30,666 nt of DNA from a virus (Duplodnaviria; Caudoviricetes): positions 1-30,666 of IMG/VR virus record IMGVR_UViG_3300032218_000775. One strand, 5' to 3'. The notes under the pieces were generated by a model. It made no database searches. It saw only the letters and a program-made list of their open reading frames with translations, and was not told the DNA's origin. This document shows positions 8,136-15,097 of this stretch, piece after piece; within the stretch, counting starts at the first letter, position 1, and every line of letters begins with the position of its first letter. A program made the position numbers and the translations under genes.

Positions 8136-8164
8136 TTGACAAACCCCCTGCATTCTGCTAGAAT
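8136..8164 (+). promoter_or_regulatory. Strong sigma70 early promoter
   Basis: TTGACA (8136-8141), 17-bp spacer, TAGAAT (8159-8164) with an extended -10 TG. Confidence 0.9.
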
Positions 8165-8224
8165 AGACCCATCGACTTGGATATCGCTCCGAGTCTGCGA
8201 CGACCCCTACACTTACATGGCGTC

Positions 8225-8238
8225 TGCTCTTTAACAAT
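8225..8238 (+). promoter_or_regulatory. boxA antitermination element (rrn-type)
   Basis: TGCTCTTTAACAAT matches the rRNA-leader boxA consensus, about 55 nt after the predicted start site and preceded by a hairpin (8174-8195). Confidence 0.85.
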
Positions 8239-8269
8239 TCACTGGCAATGTTGGTTAGAACTTATAGAG

Positions 8270-8285
8270 TTTTAACCAGTTAAAA
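8270..8285. repeat. 16-bp palindromic motif, copy 3
   Basis: TTTTAACCAGTTAAAA. Confidence 0.9.
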
Positions 8286-8693
8286 CAAACCGCCGCTGGT
8301 CAACGCGACCAGAAACTACATAGAAGGAATCGACGTGTAAACGAACCCCAGCAGGGGAACCAAAAGAAACAGACAGTCGTGAGATATCTCCCTGAGTAAA
8401 TAGGCGTAGGGTAGCCAGTCCCTGCATGCAATGGTGTAGCCCCGTAGGCCGAGGTCAGGTGGGCGATAGCTGCATGCAATCTAGACGCATACTACTTAAA
8501 TGAGTAGGGCAAAGCACTAATCCTGCCGAGCCCTTAGGGATGTGGAACCAGCACGCTGGGATAAGCCACACCGACAAACCCTATCGTAGTCCACCGGCAT
8601 CACGCCGGGGCGACAGCTCCCGATAACGGGGAGCCTAGCGTATAGGGTATGAGCAGCCACGCTGTGCCCTATCCGGTAGCACGCTACCAATTC

Positions 8694-8709
8694 TTTTAAC
8701 CAGTTAAAT
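8694..8709. repeat. 16-bp palindromic motif, copy 4 (abuts RBS)
   Basis: TTTTAACCAGTTAAAT followed by CTAAGGAACCAGTATG. Confidence 0.9.
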
Positions 8710-8722
8710 CTAAGGAACCAGT

Positions 8723-8893
8723 ATGAATCGACATCAAGTATTAGCTGACATCGTGATTGCTATGGTCATGACATCCTGCCTCGACTGGGGGTTAGGCGGG
8801 AGCACATCCGTGCATCAAGGGATGCTGATATTCGGCGGCATGTGCGCGGGCTATTTAATAACCACCTACCTAAACATGGGAGAACTGAAATGA
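8723..8893 (+). CDS. Small putative membrane protein (56 aa)
   Basis: Below the ORF-track cutoff. TAAGGA RBS; MNRHQVLADIVIAMVMTSCLDWGLGGSTSVHQGMLIFGGMCAGYLITTYLNMGELK has two hydrophobic stretches; ATGA overlap with the next gene. Confidence 0.7.
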   Translation: MNRHQVLADIVIAMVMTSCLDWGLGGSTSVHQGMLIFGGMCAGYLITTYLNMGELK

Positions 8894-9087
8894 CAACCTA
8901 TATCGTAGAACTTAAGCGCCTATCGTATGTGGACTTCACTATCGAGGCTGACACACCCGAGCAAGCCGAGGCCCTAGCATGGGAACGGGTTGAGAGTGGG
9001 TCAGTATCTGACGGCGTTGCAGACTGGACGCTCAGTGACATATATGAACTGCCGTATGAGCTAGACCTACCGAGCCGCGAAGGCTAA
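8890..9087 (+). CDS. Small acidic hypothetical protein (65 aa)
   Basis: Start reassigned to ATG 8890 (GGAG RBS, ATGA coupling). The IEADTPEQAEALA motif is common in small phage proteins. Confidence 0.75.
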   Translation: MTTYIVELKRLSYVDFTIEADTPEQAEALAWERVESGSVSDGVADWTLSDIYELPYELDLPSREG

Positions 9088-9096
9088 GCCGTAATC

Positions 9097-9112
9097 TTTT
9101 AACCAGTTAAAT
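9097..9112. repeat. 16-bp palindromic motif, copy 5 (abuts RBS)
   Basis: TTTTAACCAGTTAAAT followed by TTAAGGAACCATTATG. Confidence 0.9.
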
Positions 9113-9125
9113 TTAAGGAACCATT

Positions 9126-9890
9126 ATGACCACGTATGACAAACTCAAACTACACATTGCCGGCCATGCCTACAAGCGTGGGCAGTACAAGGGCGATGCC
9201 CCTTTCGACAAGTCAAGGCGCGGACGTAGCCACCACCGCGTAGTGCAGCGGGCAGACTGTATAGCAATCAGATTCCACAACACAGATATTGTGCGGGCTT
9301 ACCCCGATGGGCGCGTGATGCTTGACTGTAACGGGTGGGCAAGCAGTATCACCACAATGACTGCGGTGCGGGACGCGAATAAGTTTCTGTCTTTCACTCT
9401 AAGCATAGGTAGCCGCAGCGTCATGAGCTTGAATCAGATGGTGGTGATACGCGGGGGCGAGACCATTCTTTACTACGATGGCATCACGTTTGACGGCGAG
9501 GGCAATGTTATCACCCCGTTGCGCCCATTCGAGGCGCGGCGCATAGACAAGGCAGAGTCCAAGGAATTCATGGACGGGCTACAAGCATCGGGGTTCAAGG
9601 ACATGTACAAGATTCTGTACGCCACAGTGCAGCCGCCCGAGGGAACGCTAGGAGTTTATAACCCACGCCGATTGAGCGACATCCTCACCGACCCCGAGAC
9701 AGCATCAACATGGCCCGACATCATCGCCAAGTACAAGTATGACCATAAGTGGCAGTACGCTGCATCCAGCGGTATGCATAGGGGGTGGGTAGAGTCAGGC
9801 ACCGCTAAGACCTGCTGGTCACGCATCATGGCCGTATGCAAAAAAGGTATGTACAGCACAATCAAGACGGAGGTAGTAAGCATCAAGTAA
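9126..9890 (+). CDS. Hypothetical early protein (254 aa)
   Basis: Long ORF with TAAGGA RBS; no family assigned. Confidence 0.85.
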   Translation: MTTYDKLKLHIAGHAYKRGQYKGDAPFDKSRRGRSHHRVVQRADCIAIRFHNTDIVRAYPDGRVMLDCNGWASSITTMTAVRDANKFLSFTLSIGSRSVMSLNQMVVIRGGETILYYDGITFDGEGNVITPLRPFEARRIDKAESKEFMDGLQASGFKDMYKILYATVQPPEGTLGVYNPRRLSDILTDPETASTWPDIIAKYKYDHKWQYAASSGMHRGWVESGTAKTCWSRIMAVCKKGMYSTIKTEVVSIK

Positions 9891-9914
9891 GCATCACACC
9901 ACATACTCTCAAAC

Positions 9915-9930
9915 TTCTAACCAGTTAAAA
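9915..9930. repeat. 16-bp palindromic motif, copy 6
   Basis: TTCTAACCAGTTAAAA (1 mismatch), upstream of the AAA ATPase. Confidence 0.85.
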
Positions 9931-9957
9931 CTTTTCTTTTCTTTTCTAGGACACATC

Positions 9958-11019
9958 ATGAAAGTCAATCATTCTCAATCCGCTACTCTCATTCAATCCA
10001 TCGGTGCTAACAACACCATCCTACTGCGGGGGCAACCCGGCATCGGCAAGTCGGACATCTTCAAATCCCTGCGGTCATCCCTGCATGACCATCACTTCTG
10101 CTACGTAGACGTAGCTAACCTTGACCTCGGCGACCTTGGCATGCCGGTCATTGACCGTGAGGAGATGACCACTAGCTACGCACCCAATGTGCGGTTCGGT
10201 GTGGGTAAGCATCAGACCAAGCCCGTAGTACTTATGCTCGATGAGCTAGGCAAGGCATCCCGCCCCGTTATGAATATGCTGCTGCCGGTTATCTTGGAGC
10301 ATCGCATCGGTGACGTTAAGTTACCCGAGGGGTCGATTGTGTTTGGTACTACCAACCTAGATACCGATGGCGTGGGTGACAACATCCCTGCACATGCGTT
10401 CAATCGTATGACTGTGGTGACGCTGGCTAACCCTACGTCCGAGGCGTGGCTGCAATGGGCGGCTAACAACAATGTAGCGCCTGAGATTATGGCGTTCGCC
10501 CATCAGACGCCGGAGATATTTGACTGCTACGCTGACCTCGACTCCAAGACTAAGAACCCGTACATCTTCAACCCGATGACCGGCAATACCAAGGCGTTCT
10601 GTTCACCGCGTTCGCTGGTCAAGGCGGGCAACATCATCAGTCAACGTGCGGTACTAGGGGAGGCTACCCTGCCTGCACTGGCGGGCACTATCGGCGAGTC
10701 GGCGGCGCGGCAGATGGACGCGATTATCAACATGGCTGACCAGTTGCCATCGTTCAAGGCTATCACGCTATCACCTAGCACGACCAAGGTGCCTAAGACT
10801 GCCGGGGCTCTGTTCCTCATGGCGTTCATGCTAGCTGGCAAAGTAACCGAGGACACGATGGACGCGGTGATGGAGTACGCCGAGCGTATGAGTAAGGAGT
10901 CGTTCGAGGCGCATGCGCTGTTCGTTATGTCACTGGCTACCAATAGCGCCAAGGTAGGTATGGCCTGCCGTAACCGTTCGTTTACTACTGCCGCAGCCAA
11001 GCTCGGTAAGTTTTTCTAA
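9958..11019 (+). CDS. MoxR/dynein-related AAA+ ATPase
   Basis: Walker A GQPGIGKS, Walker B LMLDEL, sensor GTTN, arginine finger FNRM, SPRS motif. Confidence 0.9.
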   Translation: MKVNHSQSATLIQSIGANNTILLRGQPGIGKSDIFKSLRSSLHDHHFCYVDVANLDLGDLGMPVIDREEMTTSYAPNVRFGVGKHQTKPVVLMLDELGKASRPVMNMLLPVILEHRIGDVKLPEGSIVFGTTNLDTDGVGDNIPAHAFNRMTVVTLANPTSEAWLQWAANNNVAPEIMAFAHQTPEIFDCYADLDSKTKNPYIFNPMTGNTKAFCSPRSLVKAGNIISQRAVLGEATLPALAGTIGESAARQMDAIINMADQLPSFKAITLSPSTTKVPKTAGALFLMAFMLAGKVTEDTMDAVMEYAERMSKESFEAHALFVMSLATNSAKVGMACRNRSFTTAAAKLGKFF

Positions 11020-11030
11020 GGGGCACATTC

Positions 11031-11177
11031 ATGCTGATAACTGAACGCACAAGTGACGGGCGCACCATCGTGCGCTTGCACAAAGACTGGCACCCCGGAC
11101 GTATCGGGATTGCATACCGACCTAAAACTTTTAACCAGTTAAAACTTTCCAAGGAGAAGCGAGATGGACGTAAGTAA
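11031..11177 (+). CDS. Possible small basic protein (48 aa)
   Basis: AGGGG RBS-like sequence; MLITERTSDGRTIVRLHKDWHPGRIGIAYRPK... fills the gap between the ATPase and vWA genes. Confidence 0.5.
   Translation: MLITERTSDGRTIVRLHKDWHPGRIGIAYRPKTFNQLKLSKEKRDGRK
11129..11144. repeat. 16-bp palindromic motif, copy 7
   Basis: TTTTAACCAGTTAAAA just upstream of the AAGGAG RBS of the vWA gene. Confidence 0.9.
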
Positions 11178-12324
11178 CCGTATCAAGAAAGCGCACATCG
11201 CCATCATGCAGCACAAGAAGTTCTGTGCGTATAGCGGTGTGATTGCGTGTGGCAAAGTCGAGGTGACTACATCAGTACCTACTGCGGCTACCGATGGCTG
11301 GGACGTTTGGTACAACCCTGACTTCATCGAAGCGAACATGCCCACTGACCCTGAGTTGCGGTTCCTTGTACTGCACGAGGCGACACACAAGGCGTATCGG
11401 CACATGGCTGTGTGGAAGTCATTGCATACCATCAATGCCCAGCTAGCTAACGTGGCTGCTGACTACTTTGTCAACGGCGCACTGGTGGACACCGACGATG
11501 GTGAGGGCTTTATCAAGATGCCTAGTAAAAGTGGTATCAAGCCTAAGCCTGAGTATCGTGGCTGGTCGGTGTTGCAGATATTCAATGACCTCATGAAAGA
11601 CCCCGAGAACGGCAGCGGTGGCGGTGGCCTAGACGACCATGACTGGGAAGGTAACGCAGCTAACAACGACCCCGAGGCTGCACAAGAGCAGGCCAACGAG
11701 ATTCAACGTGCCATACGTCAGGGCGAGATGCTGCGTAAGCGGCTGTCCAAAGAAGGTGCCGATGGTTCGGATGGTGTGTTCGGTGACTTACTCGCACCTA
11801 AGATTGACTGGCGCAAAGCACTGCGTGAGTTTGTGCAAGAGACGTGCAGCGGGCGTGATGAGTCGTCGTGGTCTCGGCCTAATCGTAGGTTTCTTAGCGA
11901 GGACATCTACATGCCTACCATGCTGGGCACCACCATGAGCGAGTTAGTTATTGGGTTCGACACATCGGGCTCGTGCTTCGGCGGTGCTGAGATGACTAGG
12001 TTCGTGTCAGAGATAACGACCATCATCGGTGATGTCAAGCCGCACAAGGTTCACGTCATCTATTGGGACACGGCAGTGGCAGGGCATCAGACGTTCGAGG
12101 ATGGGCAGTTCGCTGTGCAAGACCTCAAGCCCAAGGGCGGTGGCGGCACCGATGGTGCAGTGTTATTCAACTACCTACGCAAGAAGCGTATTACGCCGCA
12201 AGCTATCGTGCAGTTTACCGATGGGTACGTAGGTGATTGGGGGCGTAGCGATGTGCCTACATTGTGGGCTGTGACATCCGACATCAAAGCGCCGTTCGGT
12301 ACGACTATTTCTTTGGAGGTGTGA
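11164..12324 (+). CDS. Metallopeptidase-like + vWA domain protein (DUF2201-like)
   Basis: TAATDG, HEATH (HExxH), Gly linker, MIDAS motif FDTSGS, GGGT and FTDG. Confidence 0.9.
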   Translation: MDVSNRIKKAHIAIMQHKKFCAYSGVIACGKVEVTTSVPTAATDGWDVWYNPDFIEANMPTDPELRFLVLHEATHKAYRHMAVWKSLHTINAQLANVAADYFVNGALVDTDDGEGFIKMPSKSGIKPKPEYRGWSVLQIFNDLMKDPENGSGGGGLDDHDWEGNAANNDPEAAQEQANEIQRAIRQGEMLRKRLSKEGADGSDGVFGDLLAPKIDWRKALREFVQETCSGRDESSWSRPNRRFLSEDIYMPTMLGTTMSELVIGFDTSGSCFGGAEMTRFVSEITTIIGDVKPHKVHVIYWDTAVAGHQTFEDGQFAVQDLKPKGGGGTDGAVLFNYLRKKRITPQAIVQFTDGYVGDWGRSDVPTLWAVTSDIKAPFGTTISLEV

Positions 12325-12325
12325 C

Positions 12326-12706
12326 ATGGGCTATCGCAGTGATGTTGTGTGCATCATCTATCCAAACGGGGAAAGCATAAATAAAACAGAGAAGTACGCG
12401 TTACTTAAAACTCTCATGGCCACTACGTTCAAAGACGTATCAGAAGCGTGGGGGTCAAAGATGGAATGGCTCGATGCCGACTGCATATTGGAGTTTGATA
12501 TCCCCGATGTGAAATGGTATGGAGATTACGTCGAAGTCAAAGCCTTTGAAGAGATGCGCGAGAGGATTGAAGCCGAGGAGTTTGAAAGTATCGCTATCGA
12601 ATTCATACGTGTAGGTGAGGAGCCAGACGATATTGACCAGCATCATTCAATGATTGGTGAGTATTACTTAAATACCCAAACAGCAATAGTTAGGGGGCAC
12701 CGATGA
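12326..12706 (+). CDS. Hypothetical protein (MGYRSDV-type phage family)
   Basis: GGAGGT RBS; MGYRSDV...VKWY...FIRVGEE motifs. Confidence 0.85.
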   Translation: MGYRSDVVCIIYPNGESINKTEKYALLKTLMATTFKDVSEAWGSKMEWLDADCILEFDIPDVKWYGDYVEVKAFEEMRERIEAEEFESIAIEFIRVGEEPDDIDQHHSMIGEYYLNTQTAIVRGHR

Positions 12707-12948
12707 AAGGCGAGTGGCATGCTATGAATGCCGGGTATATGTACGTCAACAATGAATGGGGAGTCATGTGCCGGATACATCAGTTCAACGATGGGTGGAT
12801 GCTATCCATTAGCCCGAGCGTCCGTGGCCCATTGGGCCTTGACGTATTCTTTAACAACATCTTTCGCACTAAGGCAGAAGCTAAGGAAGCGTTTGATGGA
12901 TTGATAACTGTGTACAACATTAAGGAGAACGCAGATGAACGTACATGA
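12703..12948 (+). CDS. Hypothetical protein (81 aa)
   Basis: ATGA coupling to the upstream gene; GGGGG RBS-like sequence. Confidence 0.7.
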   Translation: MKGEWHAMNAGYMYVNNEWGVMCRIHQFNDGWMLSISPSVRGPLGLDVFFNNIFRTKAEAKEAFDGLITVYNIKENADERT

Positions 12949-13537
12949 ATTGAAAGCTAGTGACCCTAAGCGGTTTCAGAAAGAGTATGACGACTGGCGT
13001 GAAAACGCTTGTCATGATGACTGGTGGGAGTATGTGCAAGAGGGTTTGAAGGCCGACTGTGCCGAGGTCGGCATCACGGTGAAGGACATTCAATTCAACC
13101 TAGGGTATTCGCAGAGTGACTACGCTGCATTCAACGGGCAGATAGATGTGGTTGAGTGGATGCAGGCCGAAGGATATGACGTTAAGTATCCCGCGCTGTA
13201 CGTGGCAATGGATGACTATCGAGAGTACGCGACTGTATCTACAAGCCATAGAGGGCACTCTCGCGTAAACATGGAGTATTCAGTAATAGGTAATACCTAC
13301 CCATCGGGGATATTCAAACACCTAGACCGTGAGGCGTGGGATGAATTAGTTGAGGAGCAATGCGACATGGCAAACCTTGAGGATGCTATGCAAGAGTGGG
13401 TGGGTAAGCGGTGCAGTAAGTTGTACCGTGAGCTACGTGATGAGTATGAACACCTGACATCCGAGGAATCTTTTATCGAGTCATGTGAGTGCAATGAAAT
13501 TACTTTTGAGGAGAATGGAAATGAAGTATGTAGTTAG
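12935..13537 (+). CDS. Acidic hypothetical protein (200 aa)
   Basis: AAGGAG RBS. The DDWWE, YSQSDYAAF and LYRELRDEYEHLTSEE motifs recall a family seen on phages and plasmids, often loosely annotated 'antitoxin of toxin-antitoxin stability system'. Confidence 0.8.
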   Translation: MNVHELKASDPKRFQKEYDDWRENACHDDWWEYVQEGLKADCAEVGITVKDIQFNLGYSQSDYAAFNGQIDVVEWMQAEGYDVKYPALYVAMDDYREYATVSTSHRGHSRVNMEYSVIGNTYPSGIFKHLDREAWDELVEEQCDMANLEDAMQEWVGKRCSKLYRELRDEYEHLTSEESFIESCECNEITFEENGNEVCS

Positions 13538-13775
13538 TGTGAGTGATAAGAAAGTGCTGCTAAACGAAACCCAACTGGCGCAGCTAAGTGCGGTGCTAGC
13601 GGAGTGTGAGTTTATGGAGGAGAAGTACCTAGGCGCTAACCAAGGTACGTATGGGGACAACCTTCAATACAAGGACGTACTCAATCGTGTGCCGACACGC
13701 GGCTGGCTCAATGTGCTGTGCGTTAACGATGATTACTATGACGCGCTTAAATTTGTGAATCAACTAAACAAATAA
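13521..13775 (+). CDS. Hypothetical protein (84 aa)
   Basis: Start reassigned to ATG 13521 after GAGGAG; overlaps the upstream stop. Confidence 0.7.
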   Translation: MKYVVSVSDKKVLLNETQLAQLSAVLAECEFMEEKYLGANQGTYGDNLQYKDVLNRVPTRGWLNVLCVNDDYYDALKFVNQLNK

Positions 13776-13777
13776 AC

Positions 13778-13793
13778 TTTTAACTAGTTAAAA
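13778..13793. repeat. 16-bp palindromic motif, copy 8
   Basis: TTTTAACTAGTTAAAA, a perfect palindrome, with the same AAC...CTTTGG flanks as copy 1. Confidence 0.9.
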
Positions 13794-13808
13794 CTTTGGA
13801 GAAACATT

Positions 13809-14696
13809 ATGACTAATCAACACATCGCTGGCGTTGCGCGTGCCGCCATGCTCGTAGACCTCAACATCTCAACCTACTCAGGACGTAAGCAAGACCGGGC
13901 TACACAAGCCGAGGTAACTACCGCCAAGGGCTCAGGCTCATCGAAGGCTGCATCGGTATACAAGAACCTGTTCGCTGAGTGCAAAGAGCTAGAAGCTATC
14001 ACCAAGTTCCAAGCGCGGGCTAGGGCTGAACACTACCGCCTGACCCTGCCGTGGAATGACCGTGGTGCGAGGCTATTGCCCACTGCGACCCTGATGGACT
14101 ACAAGGCTGAGATGAACCGATACCAAGCGGAGTTTCAGTTACTGGTCGATGCGTTCCTTGCTAAGTACGACACGCTGGTAGCGGCTGCTGCGTTCCAGTT
14201 GGGCACGTTGTTTGACCGCCAAGAGTACCCCGACACTACTCAGGTGGCGCGTAGGTTCCGCATGGACATAGGGTTTGTCCCACTACCCACATCGGGCGAC
14301 TTCCGGTTAGATGTTGAGAGCGAGGTACAGCGCGAGCTTATGGAGCAGTACGAGCGCAAGCTAGGTGAGCAGTTGGCATCGGCTACGCAGGACTCATGGA
14401 CTCGGCTGCACAGTGCCCTAAGCAAGCTAAGTGACCGCCTGACTGTGGAGGAGGATGGGGAGAAGCGTAAGTTCCACGATACCTTGGTGACTGGTGCCGT
14501 GGAGTTGTGTGACCTGCTGACCGCCATGAACGTGACCAACGACCCTGAGTTGGAGAAAGCTAGGCGTAAGCTTCAGGATGTATTGTCCGGCGTAACTCCC
14601 AAAGAGTTGCGGGAGGAGGATGGTACTCGTGTGTTAGTAAAGCAGAAGGTGGACGACATCCTGTCTGCATTTGATTGGGGATTTGATGGAGTATAG
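13809..14696 (+). CDS. DUF3150-like protein
   Basis: 295 aa; LVDLNIS.YSGRK, TLPW..RG.RLLP and EYP motifs, helical C-terminal half. This family usually co-occurs with AAA/vWA pairs. Confidence 0.7.
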   Translation: MTNQHIAGVARAAMLVDLNISTYSGRKQDRATQAEVTTAKGSGSSKAASVYKNLFAECKELEAITKFQARARAEHYRLTLPWNDRGARLLPTATLMDYKAEMNRYQAEFQLLVDAFLAKYDTLVAAAAFQLGTLFDRQEYPDTTQVARRFRMDIGFVPLPTSGDFRLDVESEVQRELMEQYERKLGEQLASATQDSWTRLHSALSKLSDRLTVEEDGEKRKFHDTLVTGAVELCDLLTAMNVTNDPELEKARRKLQDVLSGVTPKELREEDGTRVLVKQKVDDILSAFDWGFDGV

Positions 14697-14934
14697 ATAC
14701 GAAGAAGAAGGTGACACGTTTCGACTGACCACGTATGAATATGATAGGTTTGCGTCTGAGCCTTTCACTTCCTTGCACCGGTTAGATATGCGTCCTGACT
14801 GGTTACTTACCATACTGGACGTAGCAAAAATAGCGGGGAAGTTCCCCGTTATCAGATACCAACCGCCAAAGCACATCCTGTGGTTTGAGACGGACGACAA
14901 CAATAACCTAGTGAGGTTTAGCCATGATGTTTGA
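14686..14934 (+). CDS. Hypothetical protein (82 aa)
   Basis: Start at ATG 14686 after GGGGA, overlapping the upstream stop. Confidence 0.7.
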   Translation: MEYRYEEEGDTFRLTTYEYDRFASEPFTSLHRLDMRPDWLLTILDVAKIAGKFPVIRYQPPKHILWFETDDNNNLVRFSHDV

Positions 14935-15097
14935 CAACATGACCGATAGGGAGTTACTGCATGAAGTAGACATGCTACTTAAGAAAGACAAACTACTAGA
15001 GCTACTGGCCGAAAGGCTGGATATGCGTATGCGTGAGATTGAAGATTTACAAAACGAAATTCTGAAACTTGAAGGAGAAATTGATGACCTTGCTTAA
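14924..15097 (+). CDS. Small coiled-coil protein (57 aa)
   Basis: Below the ORF-track cutoff. GAGG RBS; MMFDNMTDRELLHEVDMLLKKDKLLELLAERLDMRMREIEDLQNEILKLEGEIDDLA overlaps both neighbours. Confidence 0.75.
   Translation: MMFDNMTDRELLHEVDMLLKKDKLLELLAERLDMRMREIEDLQNEILKLEGEIDDLA

Larger units (their letters stand above)
8171..8692 (+). ncRNA. Candidate large structured non-coding/leader RNA
   Basis: About 520 nt with no ORF of 60 aa or more, between the strong promoter and the first gene; at least 8 hairpins visible by eye. Confidence 0.55.

Noticed and set aside
8171-8692. tRNA, tmRNA or group I/II intron in the non-coding leader
   Set aside because: No T-loop GTTCRA or cloverleaf, tag reading frame or catalytic core motifs were recognisable by eye.
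7545-13793. Palindromic repeats as a CRISPR array or integron attC array
   Set aside because: The repeats are 16 bp with irregular spacing (about 100-2650 bp) and whole genes between them; no cas genes or integron integrase are present.
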